A stretch of DNA of 64,000 bases, taken from Thraustochytrium aureum. Lineage: Eukaryota. The notes under the pieces are model-generated. The model made no database searches and had not been told where the DNA came from. It worked only from the letters and a program-made list of their open reading frames with translations. Location: NCBI GenBank assembly GCA_012862495.1, contig BLSG01000154.1:16261-80260 (forward strand), written 5' to 3'. Shown one piece after another: positions 1 through 10,381 of this stretch (position 1 is its first letter; every line of letters starts with the position of its first letter). A program made the translations under genes and the position numbers.

Positions 1-1292
1 AGCAACGAGTCCTCGCAGGTATTGTGCATCACGATCGTGTTGCGTCCACCAAGGAAGAGCTCGCTCGTGTACTCGTCCATGGCGCGCTTCGAGTCGCCCA
101 CGTACGGGACGTACTTGATCACGACGCAGTGGTCAGGGTGCTCCCCCTCCTTGTAGAGGATCCCGTTGCTGGCCACCATGTCGTCCACCACGTTGCTCTT
201 CGAGATCTCCTTGGAGCGAAACTGCTTGGGGGCGCTCAGGTTCTTGCCGTCGTTGTTGCCGAGGTGGTTGTAGCTCACAATCGAGACCGGCTTGATGCCG
301 GCGTTGACCAGAAAGTCGACCAGCACGCTCTTCATCTTGGTCTGGCCGCTCTTAAAGTCGTCTCCACCAATATAGACCTGGTGCCGCTCCGCGAGCTCAA
401 TCACGCCGGGAACAAAGCAGTTTTGCGGCGACCCGTTGATAAAGGCCGACCCAGTCTGGATCGACGCGATGGCAAACATGGTCGACGGCGAAACCTCCTC
501 CTCGTCCTCGTCGATCGCGGCCAAGAGGTTGTCGGCGGTGTCGTTGACGCCCTCCTGGATCTCGCTGAACCGCTCCGTGTTGGCGGTCCACAGCACGATC
601 ACCTTGTCGAGCCCGTTGTCGCGCTTAAAGTCCTCGATGTTCTTCTTGATCTCCTCCAGGTTTTCCTTCTTGGACCCCTTGAGCACGTTGTCGGCGCGGT
701 CCGACTGGTTGGCCGCAATAAAGTCGGCGTCGTAGATGCTCGGCCATGGCGTCATGCCCTTCATGTGCTCGTACAGCTGGTCCTGCAGCTGAATGTCGAG
801 CACCTTGGACCGCCGCATGGCGTCGCCCATGTTCATCGACGAAATGTCCCAGCCCCCGATCACCAGGTCGTTCGGGTGCACCATCGGCACAAGCGCGTTA
901 AAGGGGACGAACAGGTCGTTGCCGTGCTGGTCGATTCCGAGCCGCACGGTCGACGCCATCGTGACGCTGCCAAAGTAGTTGGCCTCCCTCGGCCCGTCTT
1001 TGGTGCGCCACTCGAGGCCCAGCTTGTTGGCCAGCACGCCGGCGGTCACCGTCGCGCCGTTATTGCCGCCCCAGCCCACCAGCAGCATGCCCGTCTTGGG
1101 CACCTTGCGCTCAGTGCGAAAGTTGATTTTGCGGACTGACGGCTTGGCCTTGATCTTGCCGCTCGCCGCGTCGCGCTCAATCGCAGTGCTGCCATACTCG
1201 TACTCGCTCAAGATCGCATCCTCGGTGTACTGCACCTTGTCCGACTCTACCTCGATCAGCTCGGCCGACGCGTTCACAAACTGGTACGACAT
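1..1292 (-). CDS. INO1: myo-inositol-1-phosphate synthase (3' end runs off window)
   Basis: Manual minus-strand translation from ATG 1292 ([22 protein letters not shown]) gives [42 protein letters not shown] and HNTCEDSLL, the conserved MIPS motifs. It is absent from the ORF track because no stop lies in the window. Confidence 0.97.
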   Translation of the reverse strand, partial: MSYQFVNASAELIEVESDKVQYTEDAILSEYEYGSTAIERDAASGKIKAKPSVRKINFRTERKVPKTGMLLVGWGGNNGATVTAGVLANKLGLEWRTKDGPREANYFGSVTMASTVRLGIDQHGNDLFVPFNALVPMVHPNDLVIGGWDISSMNMGDAMRRSKVLDIQLQDQLYEHMKGMTPWPSIYDADFIAANQSDRADNVLKGSKKENLEEIKKNIEDFKRDNGLDKVIVLWTANTERFSEIQEGVNDTADNLLAAIDEDEEEVSPSTMFAIASIQTGSAFINGSPQNCFVPGVIELAERHQVYIGGDDFKSGQTKMKSVLVDFLVNAGIKPVSIVSYNHLGNNDGKNLSAPKQFRSKEISKSNVVDDMVASNGILYKEGEHPDHCVVIKYVPYVGDSKRAMDEYTSELFLGGRNTIVMHNTCEDSL

Positions 1293-1417
1293 TCTCCCGT
1301 CCGCGACTGTCTCCAACACGTCAACCGCAACACCCCTGCGCGCACGCCAACCGCGAGACCGTCAGCCGGCCGCACCGTATCGCCTTGCCTCGACCCGCTC
1401 GCGTCCATCCGCGCCCA

Positions 1418-1513
1418 CATCCATCCATCCATCCATCCATCCATCCATGCGACGATGGACCACGGAAGGACGCCGTCGATGGATGGATGGATGGAAGGAT
1501 GGAAGGATGGATG
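1418..1513. repeat. inverted (CATC)n/(GATG)n microsatellite pair
   Basis: (CATC)n at 1418-1448 and degenerate (GATG)n at 1478-1513. Confidence 0.9.
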
Positions 1514-1767
1514 ACCACAGCCACCAAACCACCAAGCAAAGCAAATCCAATCGCGAGCGGCACAAGACCAGCGTCACAGTACAAGCAAGCGGGCCGTACC
1601 GCGAGCAACTCACCGCAAGTCCGTTTCGAGCGAGCCCCGTTCGCGCTGTACTGGCCGCCGCTCCAGTGGTGGCTCTGCTCCTCGAAAGCTCTTTCCTCCT
1701 CGAAAGCTGCCGTTTTGGTAGCGCGCACGCGCCACCGACGGACTGCGCCATCCATCATTCGTCGACG

Positions 1768-1818
1768 CTGCTGCTGCTGCTGCTGCTGCTGCTGTGGCTG
1801 CTGCTGTGGCTGCTGCTG
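1768..1818. repeat. (CTG)n microsatellite
   Basis: CTG run with GTG interruptions. Confidence 0.85.
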
Positions 1819-3520
1819 GAGGTTGACAGCGAGATGGCATGCGCTGCTTGTCGGCTCTGGTCGCGGACTTGATGCTGGGCGTCGGCCTGTGTTTTTGGGG
1901 CCGCTTTCGCGTGCGGGTGCTGGTGCTTCAGAAGGTTGGTGCAATTGACGCCCGGNNNNNNNNNNNNNNNNNNNNNNNNNNNNNNNNNNNNNNNNNNNNN
2001 NNNNNNNNNNNNNNNNNNNNNNNNNNNNNNNNNNNNNNNNNNNNNNNNNNNNNNNNNNNNNNNNNNNNNNNNNNNNNNNNNNNNNNNNNNNNNNNNNNNN
2101 NNNNNNNNNNNNNNNNNNNNNNNNNNNNNNNNNNNNNNNNNNNNNNNNNNNNNNNNNNNNNNNNNNNNNNNNNNNNNNNNNNNNNNNNNNNNNNNNNNNN
2201 NNNNNNNNNNNNNNNNNNNNNNNNNNNNNNNNNNNNNNNNNNNNNNNNNNNNNNNNNNNNNNNNNNNNNNNNNNNNNNNNNNNNNNNNNNNNNNNNNNNN
2301 NNNNNNNNNNNNNNNNNNNNNNNNNNNNCGCGTGCGGGTGCTGGTGCTTCAGAAGGTTGGTGCAATTGACGCCCGGCTGCGTGGGCGCTGCTGGCCTGTG
2401 CTGGGTCGGCGCTAGTCTGTGTTGTGTGCGCTCTGGTCGTGGGCTTGCGTTGGCCTGTTGGTGGAGCGCATCGCCATCGCCAAACCTTGGAGAACACCGA
2501 CGAAAGGGGCCTACTTTTTTTTCTTTAACGCGCACTTGAGCGTTGAGACCGCAAGGCTTGTCCGCCAAGCTGTGGCTGCCGCTCGCTCGCTCGCTCTCTT
2601 GCTTGCCAGCTTGCGTGGGCCCTAGCCGGGGCGGGGTTTGAAGAGGGGCGGAGGGTGCGTGTTGCAGTTGCATGCAGTTTTGTTGGACTGTACAGCTCGC
2701 ACCGCCACAGTCTTGATCAATAGGATCCTCCTTTAGCTAAATCAACAGGGTTCGTCGTCACAGGCATGGGCGAGAGCCGGCCGCTCAATCAACAAGATGC
2801 TCGCTCGAGGGCAAGAACCGCGATTCCGTCAGACAAAAAACCACCACAGCCCACCCCACGAGCCGATGTCCCGCGCGACCCCGGGCCCAGCTCGCACCGG
2901 CCGTCAACCCCAATCGCGGCCCTGATTCTGCATGGGTTGGTTTCAACTGCGGGCAAAAAGACAGGGCTGCGACTGCGCGTTCGCCGCGAAAAACGCCGCG
3001 TGCTCAAGAAAAGCCCAGACCGGTCCCGCAGAAGCCGGAATCGCAACCAAAAGCCCGAAGACGGCAAAGAGCCTGGCAACGAATGATAGGCAGCCTTCCG
3101 CTGCTGGCACGGCAGTCGCGTTTCCCCTTGTCCGCAAAACAACCCGGCCCAATCATCTCCGGCACTGACCCGCCAGCCAGTCAAACGGACAGCCAGTCGG
3201 GCAGAGGTCGCAAGCCTGGAGCAGAGCGCGTCGAGATCGATGGGCAGCACGCACGCCTTGCGAGGTCTTCTTCGTCCGTGCCATGCAAGGCACGCAGGAA
3301 CGAACGATGATGGCCGTTCTGGCACTGTTCTGACAAAAACCAGACGCCCAACTCGACATCCCTTGAAATCAAGGCAGGCTGGGGCCGCACTCGCTCGCTT
3401 GCTCGCTCGCTCGCTCGCTCGCTTGCTCGCCCGCCGCATGCTGCGCAGCCCGCGCGCCAGCCAGTTGGCGAGGCCCACGAGCTCCTCCACGCTCGCGTTC
3501 CGGACGAGTTGCGCGCCGCG

Positions 3521-6500
3521 ATGGGCAGGGATTCCGACGCGGACGATGCCGAGGACGGGACGCTCGAGCGGGCGCGGAGCTACAAGCAGAGGCGGCGCGG
3601 ACGGGCGAAGACACGTCGAAGGGACGCCGATGAAGAGGACGAGGAGGATCAGGACCTAGAAGAAGGGGCTCGTGTCGGATGCGAGCGCGGGCGGCGGGCA
3701 GAGGAAAACGCGCGAGCTCGACTTTAGCACGCTCAAGCTCAAGGAGGACCACAAGATCAGGCCCATCTGGGTGTGCCCCTCCAAAACGCTGCTGCTCGAG
3801 GCCTCGTCGCGGTTCTACCGGCAGGCGTACGACTTTCTGGTCGCCGTCGCAGAACCAGTGTCAAGGCCAAAGTTCATCCACGAGTACAAGCTCACCGCGT
3901 ACTCGCTGTACGCGGCAGTGTCGATTGGGCTGACGCCCGATTCCATCATCCAAGTGCTCGATCGGCTCTCCAAGGTCCATATCCCAGACGAAATCGTCGC
4001 GTTTGTGCGGTCGTGCGCTACGAATTNNNNNNNNNNNNNNNNNNNNNNNNNNNNNNNNNNNNNNNNNNNNNNNNNNNNNNNNNNNNNNNNNNNNNNNNNN
4101 NNNNNNNNNNNNNNNNNNNNNNNNNNNNNNNNNNNNNNNNNNNNNNNNNNNNNNNNNNNNNNNNNNNNNNNNNNNNNNNNNNNNNNNNNNNNNNNNNNNN
4201 NNNNNNNNGCAGAACCGCATGTTTGTCGAGAGCCCGGAAAAGAGCACGCTCGAGCGCTTGCTGCAGGTCGACGAGATCCGAGAATCTCGCAAGGCGGGCG
4301 CCTTCGAGCGCTCGGCTGCCGCTCTAGAAGAGCAGTCCAACCTCGACCGACTCACCAACATCGAGATCATCGAAGAGGACGCCCCGGACGAAAACGTGGA
4401 CGAGACTGACCAGTCGTACCTGCTGGAAGACGTAGGCAAGACAGCAACGCGCCGCGCCGCCGACGACGCACCTCCACTAGCCTCTACGGGCGGCGCCGAG
4501 GATGCTGCAACAGAGCCGCCAGAGGCGGCTCGGTTCGTGTACAGCTTTGAGATAGAGTCCAGCAAGGTGGAACCAGTGCGGCGCGCAGCGCTCAAGGTGG
4601 ACTACCCGCTGATGGAAGAGTACGACTTTCGGCGCGACACAGTCAACCCGAGCCTGGCCATCGAGCTCAAGGCGTCGACCGAGATCCGCCCCTACCAAGA
4701 GCGGAGCCTGAGCAAAATGTTCGGGAACGGGCGCGCGCGGTCGGGCGTCATCGTGCTCCCGTGCGGGGCCGGCAAGACGCTGACGGGCATCACGGCCTGC
4801 TGCACCATCAAAAAGAGCTGCATCGTGCTCTGCACGGGCGGCGTCGCTGCCTCCCAGTGGCGAAAGCAGCTGATCGACTTTACCACGGTGGCCGCAAAGG
4901 ACATTTACGTCTTCACCTCCAAGGAGAAGAACGAAGTCGACCGCACCAAGCCCTGCATCCTGATCACAACGTACAGCATGATGGCGGTGCGCACGGGCAA
5001 GCGCTCGGCGCACACCGCCGAGGTGTTGGCCTCGATAGCGGCGCGCGAGTGGGGGCTGATGATCCTGGACGAGGTGCACGTCACGCCGGCGCGCCTCTTT
5101 CGCAAGGTGCTCACCAACGTCAAGGCGCACTGCAAGCTGGGCTTGACGGCCACGCTCGTGCGCGAGGACCAGCTCATCGACGACCTCAACTTTCTCATCG
5201 GCCCCAAGCTGTACGAGGCCAACTGGCTGGACCTCACCGAGGCCGGCTACCTCGCCAGCGTGCTCTGCAACGAGGTGCGCTGCCCGATGACCCCCGAGTT
5301 TTTCTCAGAGTACCTGCACGAGTCGCGCGTGCACGTCAAGCAGCTTCTGTACACCATGAACCCGAACAAGTGCTTTGCGACCGACTACTTGGTGCGCCAG
5401 CACGAGGCGCGCGGCGACAAGGTGCTCGTCTTCTGCGACAACATCATGGCCGTCAAGCACTACGCCGAGCTGCTCAACCGCCCCTTCATTTCGGGCGAGA
5501 CGGCGCACAAGGACCGCCTCGTCCGCTACAACCAGTTTCGCAAAAGCTCGGTGGTCTCCACCCTTGTCGTCTCCAAGGTCGCCGACATTGCCGTCGACTT
5601 GCCAGAGGCCAACGTGATCATCCAGGTCTCGTCGCACTTTGGCTCGCGCCGCCAAGAGGCACAGCGTCTGGGGCGGATCCTTCGCCCAAAGTCGGACCGC
5701 CCTTCCTCGCAGGTCTTCGACGCCTACTTTTACACCCTCGTCTCCGCCAACACTGACGAGGTCTATTATGCAACCAAACGCCAGCAGTACCTCGTGGACC
5801 AAGGGTACAACTACAAGGTGCTCGACGTGACCGAGGTGGCAAAGGCCGAGCTTGGCGAAAACGCGGCCGCCCGTGCCTCGCCCGTCGGCGCGCTGGCGTC
5901 GCGCGAGGGGCAGCTCCGCCTCCTTCACCGCATCCTCGTCCTCTCGAGCACAGAGCTGGCCGACCAGCTCCGCGGCAACGGGCCGCAGGGCCGCAATACG
6001 CTCGAAAGGGGCGCCGAAGAAGAGGAGGCCTTGTCCGTCGCGTCCGATTCCTCCGACGCGCAGCGCGACGCGCGTCCTGTCGCAAAGCGGCGCAAAACCA
6101 ACATGGACATGCTTTCTGGCGCTGGGACGCTGCAGTACATGGAGTACGGCAGCGAAGGCGGCGCGGCGGCCGCCGCTGCTGCCGCCGCCGGCATCCCTCT
6201 TCATGCACCGCCGGAAATTGTCAACCTGGCCGAGCTCGACCCGCCGATGCGATCAGCGCTGCAGCACGTACCGCTCGTTGCTGTCCCCGACGACGACGAC
6301 GATCATCGCACAGGGCCGCTCCGCATTGTGAGCGGCGAGCCACAGACGATGAGCCAGTCCACGTTCCAGGCGCATCTGTGCCGAGTCACTCGGCCTGGCC
6401 AGGTGGACGAGTTCTTGGACCTCCTGAAGCGCGATCCTCACATCGCCGAAGCCACGCACAATATCATGGCCTATCGGATCGAGCGCGAGGGCGGCGGGGC

Positions 6501-6703
6501 CTGTTTTGGCGCGGAACGACGACGATGGCGAGCGCTGGGCCGGTGGGCGCGTCGCACAAGTCCTCGAGAACGCCAACGCCCGCAACGTGGCCGTGGTCGT
6601 CACGCGCTGGTTTGGCGGTGTGATGATGGGTCCCGCGCGGTTCCGCATGATCGTTCACGTGGCGCGCGAGCTGCTGGAGCGCGAGGGGTTCCTGCCTCGC
6701 TGA
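3521..6703 (+). CDS. XPB: TFIIH helicase XPB (ERCC3/RAD25) with in-frame C-terminal IMPACT/YigZ (UPF0029) domain; gap 4027-4208; apparent frameshifts at ~3665 and ~6496
   Basis: XPB N-domain (RPIWVCP...AEPVSRPKFIHEYKLTAYSLYAAVSIGL), LPCGAGKT, DEVH, LTATLVRED, SRRQEAQRLGRILR. Then STFQAH, ATHNIMAYRI, DDDGE and VVTRWFGGVMMGPARF of the IMPACT family. Confidence 0.93.
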
Positions 6704-6891
6704 GCTCGCTGAGCTCGCTGAGCTCGCGGCGGGGTGCGCGAGGCGCAGAGAATCAGTACAAGTTGCCTTTTTTAGTTCATTCTTTTGACGACGTCGTGCC
6801 AGCGCGCAGGTTGGTGTTTCGTTCGGGCCACCCAATGCAGCAACGGCAGCGGCGAAAGCGAAAGCAGTAGCGCCCCCGTATGCTTTCGCCT

Positions 6892-7431
6892 TCATCGCTT
6901 GCTGAACGAGAAAGGGCTCTTGATCGAGGCCGTGACGCTCCCAACCGTAGACTCGCGGCGCGCGGCGAGGTCGGAGGTCTTTTCGAGGCGGGCGGTCTCG
7001 TTGATGGCGACCAGGATGTCGTGCATGTTGGTCTCGAGCACCAGGCCGCCCATTACGATCTCGTCCAGGATATAGTGCACCTTGTCGGCGTGAAAGATCA
7101 GATCGAGCTCGCACACGCTCTCAAAGCACTTGTCGAGCGTCTCCACAAACACCTGTATCAGGTCAAGAATGCCCAGCTCCGACTCGGTCTCCTCGCAGGC
7201 AAACACAAAGAACAGCGTCGCGTAGTGTCTATAGATCAGCTTTGTCCCTTGGCCCCACGCGCCGGGCAGCTGGTCGCCCGACATGAAGTTGCAAACCGAC
7301 TCGGACCGCTTCGAAACGAGCAAGAATACCTGCCGGATGAGCGCCTGCTGCTGCGCTTCTGGCACCGTCTCGTAGAACTTGACGCATCGCGGCTGGCCAT
7401 AATTGTTCACGATAAAGATGCCGCGAATCAT
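6892..7431 (-). CDS. AP3S: AP-3 complex sigma subunit
   Basis: MIRGIFIVNNYGQPR, VCNF, IYRHYATLFFVF, ESELGILDLIQVFVETLDKCFESVCELDLIFH, EIVMGGLVLETN. Confidence 0.95.
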   Translation of the reverse strand: MIRGIFIVNNYGQPRCVKFYETVPEAQQQALIRQVFLLVSKRSESVCNFMSGDQLPGAWGQGTKLIYRHYATLFFVFACEETESELGILDLIQVFVETLDKCFESVCELDLIFHADKVHYILDEIVMGGLVLETNMHDILVAINETARLEKTSDLAARRESTVGSVTASIKSPFSFSKR

Positions 7432-7604
7432 CCTTGGCGCGTTCGCCGCCTCGAAGGCTTGCTCGCCTGCCTGCCTGCCTGCCTGCCTGCCCACCGCCCA
7501 ACAATCAATGCCTCGCCCAACGCGCTGACTCCATCTCGCGTCATTTCAGGGGTCATGGTTACGTGAAAGTGCGTCGTCGTGTGGCGCGACGACCGGACGA
7601 CCTC

Positions 7605-7800
7605 TTTGCGTCACGTTGCCTGCCGTTGTTACTTAAAATCTGCGTGCCAGTGACGCGCGTCACTTTACACGTAACGGACGTGCCAAAAGGGCCGCGCAGT
7701 GACGAGAACCGCACGGACCTTCAGAGCGTCACGAGAAAAACCAAGGTGACGAGACGCCTCCGTGCACTCAAGTCACAGACACGTTCATGTGACGAGAAGC
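7605..7800. promoter_or_regulatory. GTGACG/CGTCAC motif cluster in putative bidirectional promoter
   Basis: About 7 copies in ~190 bp between divergent AP3S and TTC39 genes, including the perfect palindrome AGTGACGCGCGTCACT at 7649-7664. Confidence 0.45.
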
Positions 7801-7868
7801 GGCGAGAAAGCCACGGAGCAACCACGGAGTTGGCAGAGCGCCTACGCCGCCGCCGCTGCAGCTTCGCA

Positions 7869-7869
<1 letters not shown>

Positions 7870-7905
<36 letters not shown>
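7870..7905. repeat. (CTG)n microsatellite
   Basis: About 12 perfect CTG units upstream of the TTC39-like ATG. Confidence 0.9.
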
Positions 7906-7906
<1 letters not shown>

Positions 7907-7968
7907 CGTGATTGCTGCTGCCGCTGTTGCTCTTGCACGTCGCGCGCTGTCTCTCCTTGGAGTGCAGG

Positions 7969-10178
7969 ATGGGCGACGATGCTCTCTCCGACGTGGGCAA
8001 TGTCGCCCTTGACGCTGGCCTCGGCGCCGAAGACGACGAGGCGACGAGGCTCTGGAAAGAGGACATGACCAAGATGGCGCTTGGCACGAGGCTGCTCTTC
8101 GTGAACGATTTCGCTGGCGCCGAGAGCGTGTTTCGGAACGGCATGATGAACGAGAGGACAACGGAGGCCAAGCACGTGCGAGACTTGCGAGGAGCCTTTG
8201 CGCTGCAGTATGCGCTCGTGTCGGTAATCAAAGGCGTTGCGTCGCTCGCGAACGACCAGCTGGACGAGTGTCTGCAGCGGCTCTGGTTCGCCGAGGAGCT
8301 GGCCGCCAAGGACAGCGAATGGCTCGGAAAGAGCGTCGTACGCGGCATCTGCACGTTGATGGGCGGCGTGATCCAGTGCCTGCAGCACTCGTTTGTGAAG
8401 GGCGTCTACAATGTGCTAAAGTCCTGGATGTGGATCAAGGTTCTCCAGACAGAGGCCATGGACTACCAGGGCAAGGAACGCGAGGTGGTTCGGTCCTGCG
8501 CACTTTTCACGCTCGGGATCTTCAACCTCCTGCTGAGCCTCCTCCCCTCGTCGATGCTCAAGGCCGCCACCTTCTTGAGCGGGTTTTGTGGCGACCGCGA
8601 CGCGGGGCTGCGCATGCTGCTCGACTGCTGGAAGGAGGAGGGCATGTTCTCGCCGTGGGCCGCCCTCGTCTGGGTCGCCTACAACGTGGACACCAAGACG
8701 TTCCTGGACGAGCGGCTCACCGCGAGCGACCTGGCAGAGAGCGCCGAGATCTTTGCATGGGCGCGCGGAAAGTACCCCAACTCTGTGTTTTTCAGCGGCA
8801 TCGAGGCCGACTTTGAGGCCTGCCGGCGCAACGTGGCGCTCGCGAGCCAAATCATCGACCGCGCGGCCCCGTTTGCCAAGGAGCTCAAGGCGCTCGAGTG
8901 GGCCCTCAACTACAAGCGTGGCGCGTACGAGCTGACGGACCTCCAGTTCGGCAAGGCTGCCGCTTNNNNNNNNNNNNNNNNNNNNNNNNNNNNNNNNNNN
9001 NNNNNNNNNNNNNNNNNNNNNNNNNNNNNNNNNNNNNNNNNNNNNNNNNNNNNNNNNNNNNNNNNNNNNNNNNNNNNNNNNNNNNNNNNNNNNNNNNNGC
9101 CGAGATGGAGCAGGACGATCTGCTTCTTGACGGCGACGACGACAGCGAAGGCGCGGCCAGCACCAGCCAAGAGCACGCCGAGCTCGAGGACGAGGAGCTT
9201 GGCACAGCCATGGACGCCGCCACGGCGGCTGCCCACGCCGAGGAGATGCTCTGCCTCGTAGCAAAGTACAAGGCCATGGAGAAGGACAACTGGGGTCGCC
9301 AGGATCGCTGGGCCTTTCGCGTGTACGCCGAGTACGACGCCATCCACCAGGAAAAGCGTGCCGAGGAGCTTGACATGGCGCCGTACGAGCCTTGGCCTCT
9401 ACTCGACATCATCGAGTCCATGATTTGGCGCATGCGCTGCACGCGGTGGATGGATGACGCCCAGGCCGCCCAAATGCTCGAACTCTTGCAACGCGACAAC
9501 GAGGGGCGCCAACCGAGCGCGGACGAGGAGATCCGCGTCTGCGCTTGCTTTTCTCAGGTCCTGTTGGAGCGTGGCCAGCGCGACCCGGCGCTCGAGTGGT
9601 GCGAGAAGGGGCTCGGCCTCGAGAGCGAGCTGTCCTTGCAAGGACGCGAGCTTGGGTTTTTAGCCATGCTGCTGTACCTCAAGGCCCTCAACATGTTTCA
9701 GCGTGGCCAGGCCCTGGCGGCGAGCCACTGCCTTGCGCAGCTCGAGGCAAAAGACAGCAAGCAGAGCTGGATTCACCACTACATCATGTTCAAGGCCAAT
9801 CTCTTGCGCAAGCAGCTTGTCGGCGCCACGCACGACGAGGACTACACCAAGGTTGACGTGGCAGCGGGCAGCTCACACCAGGTGGTCGTCCCCGTTGAAA
9901 CGGTCGGCCAGATGATCTCGTGGGACTGGGCAGTCCAGAAAAACGACATCCAGTTTAGCGCCATCTTCCGGCCCCGCGACGAGGCGGCCGAAATCACCAT
10001 GGTGATGAGCATCGAGCGCCACGAAGACAAGGCGGGGCCCTGTGTGGGGTATTTTGTCAACGAAGTTCCCGGGGACATGATTTTCGAGTGGGATAATCGC
10101 TATAGCTTTCTGCGCTCCAAGCAGGTCACTTTTCGCGTCACGCAGGTGTCAGCCGACCAGTTTGAGCTAACCGAGTAA
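7969..10178 (+). CDS. TTC39/Iml2-family TPR-like protein with C-terminal GOLD domain (gap 8966-9098)
   Basis: Helical domain with Iml2/TTC39-like segments (SFVKGVYNVLKSW, GIFNLLLSLLP...GFCGDRDAGL, KYPNSVFF). C-terminus ISWDWAVQKNDIQFS...GDMIFEWDNRYSFLRSKQVTFRV is typical of GOLD domains. Confidence 0.8.
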
Positions 10179-10237
10179 TCTGCGTTCTGCATTTCTCAAG
10201 TCAGAGTAATGTTGCGCCGCCGGCCCTGAGAACCTTG

Positions 10238-10381
10238 CCGCCGGCCTGCACGCGGGCCCCCGAAGCGAGCTGCCCGCTTCTTGCGTGCGCGAGCCAGACG
10301 GGCTCCGCACGAGCCGCCGGCCTGCACGCGGGCCCCCGAAGCGAGCTGCCCGCTTCTTTTGCACGCGCGCCAGACGGGCTC
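10238..10381. repeat. ~75-bp tandem duplication
   Basis: GCCGCCGGCCTGCACGCGGGCCCCCGAAGCGAGCTGCCCGCTTC occurs twice, between convergent genes. Confidence 0.85.

Noticed and set aside
24..1139. 371-aa plus-strand ORF and similar long antisense ORFs (e.g. 20928-22592, 30551-32227, 51812-52819)
   Set aside because: Shadow ORFs of strongly GC3-biased genes on the opposite strand.
1908..2376. 48-bp direct repeat flanking a gap, resembling an LTR or target-site duplication
   Set aside because: The identical sequence abuts both sides of the N-run, typical of unmerged contig overlap.
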